Below are positions 49,481 to 63,900 of a stretch of 64,000 nucleotides of DNA, one piece after another. The notes beneath the pieces are model-generated. The model had not been told where the DNA came from. It saw only the letters and a list, made by a program, of their open reading frames with translations, and did no database searches. Source of the DNA: Takakia lepidozioides (lineage: Eukaryota; Plantae; Bryophyta); the NCBI GenBank assembly GCA_030704615.1, contig CM060732.1, positions 77,128,001 to 77,192,000 on the forward strand, in the 5' to 3' direction. Position 1 is the stretch's first letter. The number at the start of each line of letters is the position of its first letter. The translations under genes and the position numbers were made by a program.

Positions 49481-51341
49481 GGCTTTACTGAATAGGTTTG
49501 ACCTTGTTGGCGGAATCCTCACCGTCGATCTCATTATTTGGCGGCCGATTGTGGGCCACGCGGTGAGCGGACAATGGTTGGGTGGTGCACTTTGCGGCGG
49601 CCAACGGTGATAGGGTTGGGGGCGCGGTGATGGGTGCGTCGTCGTCGTCACTGGGCAGGTAGGAATCTGCAGGCGCCGCCATGCGTGCCGCGGAGTGATG
49701 AATGCGCGGGTGATTGCTAAGACTGTGTCTCTCTCTGGGTAGATGCTGCTGCATTCATGGCGCTGTAAGAGTGTAAGACCCTTTTTGTAGTTTGCGATGT
49801 GAAGGTTCTATAACTTCTCGGACTCTGGAGTGGTGGGGACGTGGGGACTCGGTGGGGGACAAGAGGGGGGAAGCACAGGTCATGCACGAAGGCTCAAGAA
49901 TCGAGCAAGTGCATGTTGCCTAAGTCCTAAAACGTACTGAGATAAGCGAGAGAGATGGGAAGCCCAGCGAGTACAAAGTCGGGAAATGTGACGTAGTCGT
50001 CGCCTGCCTGACGAGCTGCCAGCACATGATTATTTGGGAAGTAGAGCTGTCAGACCTGTCTTTTCTTGTGAGTGCATTCCTGTAGGCATGTTGTGGAGCT
50101 GCCACTGGAGTTCTCTGCTGGAGCTGGAAGTTCGGGGCCTTTCGTCATAGACCAGTCTGTCCCTTTATGTAACTTGAACAGCTTCATTTCCTTAACTCGG
50201 CTCTGAAGGGGAAACACATCAAGTGCAGGTTATAAAAGTTGTGAGCTAGGAGTGTATCTGCATGAAGTCATTGTCCATCCCTCCTTTTTTCTTTCATGTG
50301 CTAGAGAGGCGGGTCAGAATGCATATCCGGTAGTTTTAATCCGGGGCCATTGCGCTTTCACAGGAGAACCCTCGCATTAGATCTATCTGGATGGGACTTG
50401 ATATCACCATCTACTCATTCCCTCTCTCGCTCTAGATGGCATGCGTTGCAAGCAGGGCTGTTACTGAGGATAGTGGTGCTCCCTAGCATATGTGGAGTAC
50501 ACCGTCATTGTAGCATTATAATGAAAGTTATTGAAGAGTTCTTCAAAATCTCCTGGTAGGCTGAGTGGCGAGCTGCCTTTTCAGCTAGGGGGCGATAACT
50601 GTAGCCATGTTGCGTCCGCGAACGTTTTTGAGGTGAGTTCCATCACAGTCATCGAGCCGTCTCTTCGTTGGTTTGAAGCACTCTTCATATGAGGGAAGTT
50701 CATAGATATTTCAAAGGAGAGCGAGAAGTTAGCTGACGTGTTCTTGTGCATGATAGTTGTGCTGTGTGTACAGATATGAGTCAACCTCTACACTTGAGTT
50801 GGTAGGAAACCAATATGAATCTGCATATGTAAGAGCTGATATTTCATAAGCCTCCCAAATTTAAGCGAGGAGTATAATTCGCAATTGGTGTCTGTGTTGT
50901 AACTGTACAAACCAATGATTTCTCCTTATGAGCTGTTGTCTGTTTTCGGTGACAGATATCATGCCCGAGGAGGGTTCACTGCTTTATTGAGAAGAATTGA
51001 GGCCTCGGCTGGCTTGCATGTGAAGGGGCCACATGCTCAAGAATCAGCTCCCTTCAAGCTGTACTGTTCATCCGGTGCGCAAGAATCAAAGAGAGACAGG
51101 TTCTCGTTTCTACTTTGAAGTCATTTTTATCGAGTCTTTTCTGTGCTGTTCTCTCTATCAACTCTCCCAAATTCCCCCCTTCCCCCTTCTATTAAATGTT
51201 TTTAGGGGCGATGATATGAGTGTGCCAACTTGGAACCCCTAATCCAGACAGGGCTGCTTCAGTGGAAGTGCCCAGAAGTATTACACTGTGATATCCTCTG
51301 ACCCATCGTGCCTCCAACGGAGGATACCAGGAGAAAATCGC

Positions 51342-52583
51342 ATGAGCTTCAGTCGCTTGAGCCACAGGTTTATGTACAATGGATCGCCTTCAACCAGAGT
51401 GCGGTGTGGCAAGAACCCAGATGTCCTCTCTCTGTCTCTCTCCCCTCAATCCACCTGCGCGCAATGTTGTTCGTCTTACCTCCTTGAAAGCATGTTGTGG
51501 ATGTTCTAACCTGCCTCGTGCGTTCGTAACCAACGTGCTTCCAGTGAGAAAGGTACGGCAAACAAATGTTCTGCAAGAAATACACAACCCGAAACCCCCT
51601 CTTTTTGTTTCCGAATCTTCAAATCTTAGGGGACTCTTTAAGAGTTTGTTGACTGAGGGCAGTGGAGAACTTGAGATACCTTCAAAGAGCGCATAGCCTT
51701 AATCGAGGCAGACACTGAGTAGGCAGATAGAAGCGTCAACAACTTGTGTCTCTTGCGCAGGTTTTCAGGTAAAGTGGTGATGATAACTGGGGCAGCCAGT
51801 GGGATAGGCGAGGCAACAGCCCGCCTCTTTGTAGCCAATGGTGCTCAGGTTGTCATAGCTGATGTAAATGACGAGAAAGGGCAAAAACTCTCAAAAGAGC
51901 TGGGTGCACAAACGAGTTTTGTACATTGTGATGTAACCAAGGAGGAAGACGTAGCTGCTGCAGTTGATAAGACCATGTCCCTCACAGGCCACTTAAACAT
52001 TTTCTTCAGTAATGCAGGAATTGTGGGGGCACTAGGGGCCATAGACCAGCTAAATTTACAAGAGTTTGATGAAACTATTGCTGTGAATTTGAGGGGAATG
52101 GTGGTGGGAATCAAGCATGCTGCCCGCGTCATGAAACCTGCCAAAAGTGGTTCCATAATCTGCACCGGGAGCACCGCAAGTAAGTTAGGTGGTTTAGCAC
52201 CCCATACTTATTCTATCTGTAAGACAGCTCTGAAGGGGCTGGTCAGGTCCACTGCAGCAGAGCTACGCAGGTATGGAATCCGGGTTAATATGGTGTCCCC
52301 AGATGCTACACCAACGCGTTTGTTTGCAAAGGCACTTGAAAGCTCTACGGGTGTCCCTTACTCACTAGAGCAAACGAAAGAAAGGTTAGCTAAGAGGAGC
52401 CTTCTGCTGGATAGACCTTTAGGAGAGTTGGATATAGCAAATGCAGTCTTGTTTCTTGCAAGTGAGGAAGCAGGCTATATTAGTGGGCAGAATTTGCTGG
52501 TGGATGCTGCTAACACAGTAACAAGACCATTTCCTCCTGGCTTTGATCTTTGGTTTACAGGTCATGCACCCATGATTAAGTGA
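51342..52583 (+). CDS. Short-chain dehydrogenase/reductase (SDR110C; ABA2/secoisolariciresinol dehydrogenase-like), 2 exons (51342-51367, 51761-52583)
   Basis: MSFSRLSHR|FSGKVVMITGAASGIG, VHCDVT, FSNAG, YSICK (YxxxK), GIRVNMVSP, YISGQNLLVD. Confidence 0.92.
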
Positions 52584-53771
52584 GTTATAACCCTGAGTTC
52601 TGTCCGCTCTTTGCAATGTGCTTGAATGTTGGCCTTAAGCAGCTATAATGGTTCCATGCTATGTTAAGCAGACAGTGGTTATGCGTAATGCAATACATAT
52701 CACCCAAATCCTTTTAAGACTCCCTTGAAACAACACCTTTACCAATCCTTGAGCACCACATTCAGGAGCATCGATGGTTGGTAAAGGAGTATGACCTGAG
52801 GTGGTTTGATAAGAGTCACTAGGAGGACATTGGAGGATGTAGCTGATTGTGGTGGGAAAAGGAAAGAGAGACTTCATAGCATTCGGGGAGAAGAATCCAT
52901 GTTCCCTGGCAGCAGAGTAGTGATAGACTTGGGCTATGATTTGTGGCAGCTTGCTCTGGATGGAGGTGCTAATTACTGGTTATTGAGTTGCAATAAAATC
53001 AGGGATGGAGTACTCCATGGACTTCCACAATAGGTCCCCTGACCTGTTTGAATGAAGAGAAAACGCGAGGGGAGGAGGGAGCACTTACCGGGAAACTGGT
53101 CTGGCTACTGGCCATCTAGATACCCTTAAGGATATGTTGCAAAACTTCATCCCAGAATTCAGTGTCCCCAAGGTTCTGCAATGTCATCAGTTCCTAAATG
53201 TGCTTTCTGAATGCTCCCGGTCTAACAAGGGATCCTTCTCATGCCCTAACAAGAGATCCTTCGCATGCCCGTAGTTTTATTCTTGGTTGTAATATGAATA
53301 AAATTGACCCGTGTTTCCTCCTTGGCCTTACATTGTAAACCCGATGGAGTAATCTTCATTTTATGACGTTTTGCCCAAGTGAAAAGCACTTACACCTGCA
53401 TCAGCTCCATTTCTGTCTAGAGTGGAGTCTGTTTGCTTTATATGCGATTATATGAAAGCAACAGTTCCCTTTCATTGCTGACGGACTTCACCACAGAAAG
53501 ATGCACTAACCAGTAGCACACTGCAATTGTTACGACTCACTGGGAATATGCGATTGCATTTGGTTGCCCATCTTCTAAAGAATACTTCAGTCAATCTCCA
53601 CTTATCCCTCATACCCAGCATGACTTAAAGACTTTTAGTCAGTCCATAATCACAGCAACCAATGTGCAAAGGTCAATCCTCATTAAGTATCATCAGGTAT
53701 GTCCAGTTATCATGTTCATACAAGAACGTAAAACTGAGCACCATATTGCCATGGCTAGTAGAGATTTCGAC

Positions 53772-56700
53772 TGTTGGAGTTACAGTTCGCCGTTAGTTAC
53801 TAATTACTTACTGTCGAGAGTAATATCTGATGTGACTAGATAGAATGATTAGCTGGACAGGCTACAACTGTTCTGCATGCACCGTGGGAGACTGTTGACA
53901 TGCCGCCTGGCAATTGGTTTTTGAACTGCTGATTCAAAGTAGGCCGCCGCCACTATTTTGAGTATATAGGGTGCAGGCTATCCAAAGTACGATGATGGAT
54001 GCAGGGGTACACACAGAGTGTAGTATCAAAGGTTAAGCATCACGGTGTCTTCACAAAGTACTCTAGCTTACTCCAACTAAGTCTTGTGGTTGTCACTGCT
54101 CTGATACAGTAGCGTTGTTTTCCTAAAGGTTATGGGCCCACATTTGCTAAAGCTGTAGGAATTAGTGACGACGTCCAAGGGCATAGAGATCAAGGAGTTG
54201 AGTAATATTGAGAGGTTTGATGGAGATAACTTCCAACTCTGGAAGTTCCAGATGCAGGTGGTTTTTAGATCGAAGAAACTGCTTAGTCTAGTCGAGGGAG
54301 TGGAGACTAGAGCGACAGCCGAGAATGAGGAGGAATGGGATGAGAGAGACAATGCAGCTACTATGTTCATATGTTCAACAGTAAACAGGAAATATTTACA
54401 ACAGTTGATCAATTGTAAATTTGTTGCGCTCATGTGGAACAAGTTGAAGTTAGTACATGAGCAAAACGCAAGTGAGAACATCCATATCCTTCAGCAAAAG
54501 TTCTTTGAGTACAGAATGAAAGAGAACGATGACATTTCTACTCATATTAGTACCATTGAGTCTATGGCAAACAGATTGAGTGACCTAGGAGAGGCCACTT
54601 CAGAGAGAGTCGTGATTACAAAGATTGTGTGTAGTCTGCCGCCTAGTTACAGACATCTTTTATCAGCGTGGGATAGTGTACTTCCTGAGAATAGAACATT
54701 GGAGAATCTAACATCGAGGCTCCTGAAGGAAGAGTCATTGATAAAGAACGAGGGAATGCCGATGAGCAAGGAGATAGAGCTTTCTTCGCGAGAAACGGAG
54801 GTAACCGAGCCGGTGGAAGTAGACTGCAAGAGAGATTGTCTGAGGAGCAGAAAAAGCAGCGCAATGAGAGAATCAATGAGCTTAAGAAGATAACCAGATG
54901 TAATAATTGTGGAGAGAAAGGCCACTGGGAGAGAGAGTGTCCAAAGAAGAAGAGGGAGATTGATCTTGGAAGTAGTAGTGAGGTCAATCAAACTTCAACC
55001 GATGCAAGCATAGAAAAAGAAAGAGCCTACATAGCAGTATCCAAGGCTTTTGTTGTCATCAATGATAGAGATGACAGTTTAAATATCAAAGGAGAGTCTA
55101 TTGTTGCACTCGCCTATGATGAAGGTGACAATATCTGGTATGCCGACGGTGGAGCAACCGAGCACATGACAGATAAGTTGAGATGGTTCGATGGCCTATG
55201 GCTGTTGCTGATGATCGACAAATTTGGGTTAAAGGAGTTAGTGACATTGATGTTAAGTGCTACGTACATGGCCAGTGGGAGTATGGGACTTTGACGGGAG
55301 TATTATATGTACCTAGATTGCGCAGAAACTTGTTCTCAACGGGTCAGGCTGCAGACAAAGGTCTAGTGACGGTCTCAGGAAGAGAGAGTGTCAACTGATA
55401 GACAAAGAGAGTACAGGCAAGGTAGTCATGACTGGTAAGAGAATGGAAAGTTATATAAACTTCTGATAGAAGTGGTCACACCAACTAGCCAGTCAAATTG
55501 TGTAAAAAAGAGGATAACCAACGCCAGAGCCTATATTGGCGAACTACAACCGAGAAATAGTCTCAAACTCTGGCACCATAGATTTGGTCACGTGAATTGT
55601 AACATACTGATCAAGATGTCTAAAATAGGCATGGTAGAAGGACTGAATATCCGTGAAGGAGAGACTCAGGTGAGCTTTTGTGAAGGCTGTGCACATGGCA
55701 AAAATCACAGACAAGTTTTCCCAGTCAATGAAAGTAGAGCGAAGGCTACAGCCCCGGGAGAACTGTTGCACACAGACATGTGTGGCCCTATGCATGTAGT
55801 GTCACATGGAGGAGCCAGATATTTTGTTCTTTTTAAGGACGACTTCTCTAATTATAGAGTCATATATTGTGTGAGCAAGAAGTCAGATGGTGTAAGAGAC
55901 ATGGTAAAGAAGACGAGCAGAGAGACTGGTCAGAGAGTTAAGAGATTAAGGAGTGACAAAGGAGGGGAATACGTCAGTGAGAAGATGAGGAAATATCTTG
56001 ATGATCAAGATATTTTTCATGAGATGAGTGCTCCCTATTCACCGGAGCAGAATGGTTTCTCAGAAAGAGATAATAGAACCATAGTTGAGTCTGCAAGGAG
56101 TATGTTGCATGCAAGTGGAATGGATCTGAAATTTTGGGCTAAAGCCATGTATACAGCCGTGTATGTGTTGAATAGGTCAGGAAGCCGAACACTAAGTGGT
56201 GTTACGCCAGTGGAAGCGTGGAAGGGAATCAAGCCATCAGTGGCACATTTAAGAGTTTTTGGATGCGAAGCTTTTGTGTTCATTCCAAAGAGCTTAAGGC
56301 ACAAACTCGAGTCCAAGAGTAAGAAATGTCTATTTCTTGGTTACTGTAGCGAGAGCAAAGCTACAGAATGTGGGAACCCGTGCATGGATCCTTCAGTTGG
56401 TTCCATAATCACATTAATTGAGTTACCAAGAGCAACAGAACACGACCAAGAACCTGTCACTGAGGAGGTCCAGTTACAAGATATTACAGAACCAAATGAA
56501 GGAGTGGGAGAAATGAATGAAGAATTCCATGAGATACAAGAGTTTCAATTGGTGCTGCCTATTGAGGAAGAAGCCTTAGTACATCAGAATCCACATGTAC
56601 CTGTGAATCATCACAGTGGAACGTCAAGAAGAGGACGAAATGTGCAGCCACCACAAAGGTATGGAGACTGGTGTTATCAGATAAGAAGTGTTGTTTTAGA

Positions 56701-57192
56701 GTCGTGTGCTTATGCTGCACAAACTGAACTGATGGATGAGCCACAAAGTCTAGATGAGGCTTTGAAGTCAGAATGTAGCATCCATTGGTTAGCTGCAATG
56801 GGGGACGAGTATAACTCTTTGATGAAGAATCGGACATGGGATTTGGTTGATTTGCCGCCAGGAAGGAAACCTATTCATTGTAAGTGGGTGTTTAAGTTGA
56901 AAGTCGATCTTGATGGAAGTGTGGAGCGGTATAAGGCTAGGCTAGTGGCCAAAGGATTTTCTCAGCAGAGAGGCATTGACTTTGGAGAGACATTTTCTCC
57001 GGTCGTCAAGTTTGATTCTATCATGACTGTATTGGCCATAGTAGCGAGTGAAGATCTCGAGGTTTTATAGTTTGATATAAAGACAACGTTCCTAAATGAA
57101 GATCTAGAAGAAGAGATTTATATGATGCAGCCACCATGCTTTGAAGAGGAGGGCAATGAAACTAAGGTCTGCAGGCTACTGAAAAGCCTTTA
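53772..57192 (+). mobile_element. Ty1/Copia LTR retrotransposon, 3'-truncated within RT
   Basis: 5' LTR ~53772-54127 (TGTTGGA...TCCTAAA); PBS GGTTATGGGCCCA; Gag; zinc knuckle CNNCGEKGHWEREC; protease WYADGGATEHM; LWHHRFGH; integrase HTDMCGP/RSDKGGEY/PEQNGFSER; RT KARLVAKGFSQ...EIYMMQP. Confidence 0.95.
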
Positions 57193-57377
57193 ACCTCACA
57201 AAGAAAAGCTTGGTTGAGGTACCATAGGACATTTGAGGCAGGCAGGTGGTAAAAACCAGGGTTGGTGTAGTATTTTGAATTGGAAATACCATAAGGGTCC
57301 TGATATGTAGTGCCCATTTTTTTGTGAGGTACGTAGGTAAATTTCCAATAATGCAGCCCCTGAATTTCAAGTATCAA

Positions 57378-58020
57378 CTAGGGTAGCCTTCACCATTGGC
57401 CCAAGTGTCCAATGTCACCTAAGTCCAAGTGCAATCCCCTATGTATCCAAGTGCGTCTCCTATGTCGAGGCCCAAGTGTCCAGGGTCATCTAAGCCCAAT
57501 GTGCAATCTCCTATGTATCCAAGGGCGTCTCCCATGTGCATCTCCGATGTCGAGGCCCATCTAAGCCCAGTGTGCAATGTCCTATGTATCCAAGTACGTC
57601 TCTCATGTCAAAGCCCCATTTAATTCTTTCATGAATTTATTGAGTACTAATATATCCAATCATTATTGATATATCTCCCGTCTCTAGGGTAGCTTGTGCT
57701 ATTGGCCCAAGTGTCCAATGTCATCTAAGTCCAAATGCATTTTTTTCTACATAGCCTACGACCAGATTTGAACCGGAGACCTTTCCCTTGATATCTCCAA
57801 GTGCTATCCCCTATTTATCCAAGTGTGTCTCCTATGTCGAGGCTCAAATGCGACCTCTAGGGTAGCTTGTGCCGTTGGCCCAAATGCCCAGTGTCATCTT
57901 AAGCCCAAGTGCAAGATCTCATATGTATCCTAGTGCATCTCCTAACTGAGGCCAAGTGCGACCTCTAGGGTAGCTTGTGCCGTTGGCCCAAGTGTCCACT
58001 GTCATCTAAATCATCTAAGT
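57378..58020 (-). repeat. Tandem 3'-end fragments of the same Helitron-like repeat family
   Basis: CTAGGGTAGC.TGTGCCGTTGGCCCA-like units at ~57378, 57684, 57857 and 57966 are reverse complements of the 48.2-48.9 kb ends. Confidence 0.55.
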
Positions 58021-60102
58021 CTAATGATTTAGCCATATCTAATCATTTTTTTTCCAAATAGCCTATGACCACATTTGAACCACAAACCTCTCCCTTGTTG
58101 TCTCTCCCCGTCAAGGCTCCAACCATTCTCCCAAGAATGGCACTTTGCTATTTTTCCCGAATTTCCAACGGCCCAATGTCATCTAAGTAAGTTTGTTTTT
58201 CCCACAGAGCCTACGACCAGATTTGACTCCAACCATTGTCCCATGAATGCCCACTTTGCCATTTTGTAGGAAGATGTTCTGTCTGTATATTTGTCTATTG
58301 ATTTTTTATCTATGAAAGTTTCCTCTTATTACAAACAACATGAGAAAAGTTTGAAATCTTTTGCTTGAATATCAAAGAATCAGGTATTTTTGTCCCATAG
58401 TTTTTGAGCAATTAGGCCAAAATTTAAAATATTCACCAAATACAATAGACACGTTGATTTTGAATTAAGGGGCGCTTTACACTAGGGCCCAAGCCCAAGA
58501 AATCTTGGGCCCAATTTCTACCACTCTTGGGCTGGTCTTGGGCCAACTTCAACGATCATGATCGAACAGAAATATTATATTTTAATACCAAACTTCTTGG
58601 GCCATACAGTGGAGAGTTGGGTCTCCACTTCAGGAGGGTTCTTTTTTCTTGGGCAGGCCCAAGAAGTTGGCGCCAAAACTTGTGCCATGCCGGCAAATGA
58701 CGAGTTCCATTTTCTTGGGCTTGGCTTGTGGTTATCTCGTGACATCTCTTAAGTCATCAAACTATTGAAGTCAAAACCTCATCCGTTATTTTTCTGGACC
58801 CCAACAATTTCAGGTATCAATAGGATTTTAGATATAATTGATTAATAGTCGCGAACCCTAATAACCACCTGGGAACCATATATATATATATATATATAGC
58901 CAACCGAAGCTAGCATAGATAAGAGCCTTTTCCCCTTGCGGGTACTGCCCCCTTTCAGGGGTGGGCTCTACTGGGAACCAACTATTATTGCCTCCATTGT
59001 TCTTCATTTTCTTTGTTTTGTTCCCTCATTTTTTTTTTCGTTGTGAATTTGTGGTATGTGCAACACCATAACTCTATTCTTAGACGATGACTTTAAGGTG
59101 CATGATATGGTCTATCACATGACGAACCACATCTTCAACACCGTCCACACCTAGCAACAGTTGCTCCACTAATTATGAATATAAACTTATCATTCTCTCA
59201 CCATTTCACTGTTGTCTTTTGGATTGTCTATTTTTCACTCTCGGTTCTTGTTCTTGCAATGGCACTAAAAAAGACACATCTCATTCTTGTTGTTGATGAA
59301 TTTTGACTCTAATGTAAGAGATACAAAATCTAAATTGTCTGTTAAGTGAATGGGATGCAAGACGAATTCGACGAGTTTGGCCGAAAGACATGATGAATGT
59401 CAAAAAGTGGGGGCCATCAATATACAAGCCCAAAATAGGGACAAAACTCAAAATAGTAAGGAAAAAACAAGTAGAACGTGTTTGGTCCTGTCTTGGGCCT
59501 GTGCATCCGTGGGCCCACACCTTGCGCCTTCTCTCTCTACTCTGACTTACAAGCATAGTGAGCGTTCTCCCAATTACGGGGCCGTAAACAGACAGCTGTC
59601 ACCGTTGAATTATTTAACTACTTGTAGGTGACTTCATTACAATCGATTCATAATTTTGGTAGGAAGGTTAATGTTGGAATCTTACTTAATTAGGTACCAC
59701 TACCTAGCCAAAATATGAGAAATAGATACGAGTACTGTCATAAAGCTCCAAAACTTTTCCACCAACTTGTTCAAAAATTGTAAAAATCCAAATTTAGGTG
59801 CCGTACCTATTTTCTCTGAAATAATTAAATATTTGGTAACAATGCGCCAGACATCGAAGGACTGTACTATCATATGGATATTTTTAAAATAAATGTCAAA
59901 ATTAAAATGATATTATTAAAATAATATAAAAGAACCGGATAGCTGCGTATGGCTGAGTCTTCTTTGTGAATAGTGGAATCTACTTCATCCACTACTTCAT
60001 CCATTTATTCTTCATAAGCCATTGAAATATGAAAATTAAATTTGTGTAAAAATAAGTACCAAGCAAAAGGTACAAGTATGACCTTGAGGCCCCAACGGTG
60101 CA

Positions 60103-60200
60103 GAGTGGGGTTGTGGTCGCATGGTAAGACATCCAACGTGTTGGCCTATGGGTTTGGGGTTCAAACCCCTGCATGTTGTCTATCTCTCCTTCAGGTTGGG
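60103..60200 (+). mobile_element. tRNA-derived SINE-like sequence
   Basis: Box A-like TGGTCGCATGGTAA and box B-like GGTTCAAACC; no complete cloverleaf. Confidence 0.4.
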
Positions 60201-61128
60201 GCTCTACCCTGTTTGTTGGTAGTCCGAAAATGGGGTTTATTTCCCCCTCAAGGACAAAGCAAGAAAATCCTCTGATGTCCCGTTCTCTCAAAAAAAGAAA
60301 AAAAAAAGAAGAAAAAAAAAAGTACCAATTAAAAGAAGAGAGAGAAAGAGAGGACTCCGGCCAAGGCATAACTAAGAGCCACTTCGCCTTGCAGCTACTG
60401 CCCTTTTCAGGGGTGGGCCCTATTACCAATTGAGAAATGATAATTGTCTCACTCCCCTTTTTTGCGCGGAAATGCAGTCCATTAGAACTTCAAAAAAAGC
60501 ACTGGGAACATCTTGGATACTGGAAGGAACATGGGAACATAAGCTTAGAGTGAAGTGAGGTCCCCTTAAAACTGGTCAGGATCAAACAGGGCTTTTTGCA
60601 CCAATGCCTGCTCTCCCTATTGCTAAGGCTCTTCCTGAGGGAGGAGCCAACAGAAGAGGAGAGAAGGTCAAGAGCTGAGTTACCAAGTACCTGCCTGGCC
60701 CCACCAAGGATGGTGAAGAATCAAGGTACGGTGGTGGGTGATTCCATCCTTTCCGTTATCCTTGGAAGTTTTCTGTTTGCACTCAAGTCTAGTTTTGATA
60801 CGATGTTTCCATGAATGACTGACCTACCCATCCGTTTGGAAGAGATATTTGTAAAGCTTTCTTTACTTTTTCGGGTTGGAAGATGTCTGGTACTTCAAGG
60901 AATGTCTATAAGTTTTGTTTGGGTGGCGTTGACGGCGGATGCGGGACAGAAGAAAAGCAACAGAAAGCAGGGGAGTGAAGAGTTTGAGGAGAAATAGGGG
61001 TAATTCACAGAAGAGAATTCACATGGGATTTTGAGGTAGAGAGAGAGGGAGATTAGCTATCGGAGGGAGTGATGGTAAGGGGATTGCGGTTGAGAAAGAG
61101 AGCCTGCTGAAGGACGGGTGAAACAGGA

Positions 61129-62806
61129 ATGGAGATATGGAGGGCGGTGGCAGAGAGTGGGGATAAGCGACTACAGGCCAAGTACAAGCATGCACTCAAT
61201 GTCATTGATCGTACGCTTGCCCTTTACAAGTGGGTCACATTGCCTCTCATCGTCTCCAAATGAATTGACGTTCCCCTGTTGTTTTTTTTCGTTTAACCTA
61301 CAATTGTCATCACTAAGCACCTGAATGATTACACCTGCTGGTCACAGGTTTACAGTGAGCCATGAAACAAGCTTACAAGGTCTGCAGGTTGCATCTCGGC
61401 ACTCATATGGTCATTGACAAATAAATAGACTGTCAATCTGACGGTGGTACATAGGCACAAGTCAAGTAGCTTTGAACACAAAACAAGTCCTTTAAGGATC
61501 CTATGGCTCGAGAATTTTTGACGGCATAGTGTCATAGCTCTGGAACTGCGCGGAATTGGTCCCCGCAACTTCTCGATGAGACACTACCACATGAAAATAC
61601 ATCTTGCAAATGATCTTGAGGAGGGTACATTCCATCTCCTTGTGGCTGAGGACTTACCACGTTAATGAAGGTTATTCTATTAATTCGCACCATATCCCCA
61701 TTTCTATGAAAACATAACGCATACCATGTCTACAATTTCGTCGAGTTGCTCGAGTTATACCTGACGCACCCGAGTGGATTCACGTCGGTGTGCTGGTTTG
61801 TACGAGTTGTTTTTCATGGGGCCCAAGTCTGATCTCCTGAGGGTTCAGGGTCATGTCAATGGGTTTAACCTGAAGGGGATCCATGTGCAAGACTGGTGAT
61901 GTCCATTAGGTTTTTGGATGGACAGGTTTGAGGAGGCTGCCTTCAGCTTCAATGGTGGCAAGGACTCCACGGTGCGCTTTTCTTGTTTTTTGTTTGCCTA
62001 TTTTTTATCTAAATGGTTGTGAGTCTCAGGTCTAATGTTTGTCACAAAGGCCTTGATTTCCCAGGATTCCATGAATATCACAAGTAGACTGACAGTGCAT
62101 GTCTGCATGCTCAGACATGCAGAGACATCCCCACATTTTTTGTTGGAAGGTTCTGTGCTCATTATTGAGAACGGAGAGGGGTGAGTCATCAGTGTTGTGT
62201 CTCAAAGTCAGCAATGGTTTATTTCACCTCCATGAATGTATTAGGGATGAAGTACAGTTACGGCTGGTAGTAGTACCCACAATGTAGAACCTTGCATTGG
62301 AGAGGGGTTGGGTGGCAGGTGCTATTACATTTGTTGAGGGCTGGCTATGCAATTGCTGAGGCACGATTGGCGTCCTCCACACCGGGCGATAATGCAAGGC
62401 CACACCCCATACGCACCATCTACTTTGAAAGTCCTGATGCATTTCCACAGATTGATCTGTTCACGTTGGAGACGGCAAAATCGTAAGTAGTAATACGACT
62501 CTTGAAATTGAGGGGATTTTTGTTGTAAGATGATTTCTAGCTCTGTAAGTTGTTTGTGAACAAAGGAGGCAGATAGACAAACAGATCAAAGAATGTTCAA
62601 ACTGCAAGGCATTTGCAAGGAGGGGCAGGTAAGAAGGTCTGAAGTTGCAAATGAGCTCCAATCGTGGCGGTGGGATCATGTGGTACAGCTACAACTTGGA
62701 GATGGAGATCATTCGCTTGGACTTCAAGACAGGAATAGAGGAACTACTGAAGCAAAAGCCCCTCAAAGCCATCTTTCTTGGCACTCGTATTGGAGACCCA
62801 AATGCA
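61129..62806 (+). CDS. FAD synthase (PAPS-reductase family), first four exons: 61129-61229, 61926-61971, 62319-62482, 62689-62806; continues beyond the window
   Basis: MEIWRAVAESGDKRLQAKYKHALNVIDRTLALYK|FEEAAFSFNGGKDST|VLLHLLRAG...IRTIYFESPDAF...|YNLEMEIIRLDFKTG...AIFLGTRIGDPNA, with in-frame GT-AG introns. Confidence 0.92.
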
Positions 62807-62854
62807 GTAAGTCCATCTTTTGCAAATCAGGATCTTGGGAAAGACCGAGAGAGT

Positions 62855-63900
62855 GTACTCATAAGATGTTGTTTGCCGTAGCCTTGTGGCCATAGACCCC
62901 CTGCCCAGTTTGGGCGGAACAAAAGGGAACAGGTACTACCTTTATGAGGGGCTCACTCTGGTAGTTTGACTTACCTTGATAGTGACAAATAGTCTCGGGT
63001 TTTCCAGATATCCTCTAGAAAACCCTTCACACAAGCATCACCTTGCAGTGTGTGAGCTGCCCAGCCATTAGACCCCAGCAGGGCCAGGGCTTTAGGCTCC
63101 GCCTCAAGATTTTCAAAGTTGGTGAACTGAGGTGCGGGATAATGTTCTTGATAGTCCTGAAGTGGGTCACTCTCTTGCGAGAATCTCCAGGACAATGTAT
63201 CAGAAAACGGATATTGTCTTCAGGCTGCCTGCACATCGGGCAATTACAATATCCTCTTCCTCTCTGCATCTATTTCTTGTTCAAAGGTAGGCTTCCCGCC
63301 CTAAGTTTAATTCTAACTCTAGTGCCGAGGGTAGGTGGGCCCTTGAGATCATCCTTAAGGTCCTCGCCCATGTCAGACTGGAAACAAGTTCAGGGAAGTT
63401 TTATTCATTTTCATCGTACAGTCTTTGGGCATGAGACATGGATTTGGACACAACCCCCCCAGGTCAGCTTCATCGAGTAGGGTGAATTCTTCTGGACTAA
63501 TATGCAGATATTTGAAAATCTCTTCTACCCTTTTGCCCAGACTTGGCCTGTTTAACAGGACACTCTTGCTTCAGGGTATCTGGTATAAGGCATGTGATTC
63601 AACTGACACCACCATCTGACCTTGAATTGATCACGTCAAGAGCTTAAGGGAGGTATGCCAAACTTGCCCCGAACAGCCACATTAGCTGTTCTAGAACACG
63701 TCGACATGCTTACTTTGAGCACCATGACGTGAATGGATTCAAGAGATTTAGCATGGTTGGAATTGTCGACCCACACAGCAGATGCGTACTCCAAGGCCGG
63801 CCTAATAACATTGCAAAGCATGGTCCTTTTTCAGTATGACTTCCTTTGCAGTGGAAAAATTTAGTGAGACCCAAAGCTTTGGATTTAGCTGATTGAAAGA
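62855..63900 (-). mobile_element. LINE 3' portion in an antisense intronic position; same family as 30655-31375
   Basis: VIRPALEYASAVW...RTANVAVRGKFGIPPL (post-RT region), KLRAGSLPLN, CPMC...ED..RFLIHCP. Confidence 0.85.

Noticed and set aside
58468-58730. Possible Tourist-like MITE (GGGCGCTTTACAC start, internal GGCCCAAG/CTTGGGCC repeats)
   Set aside because: No matching second TIR or TSD could be identified.
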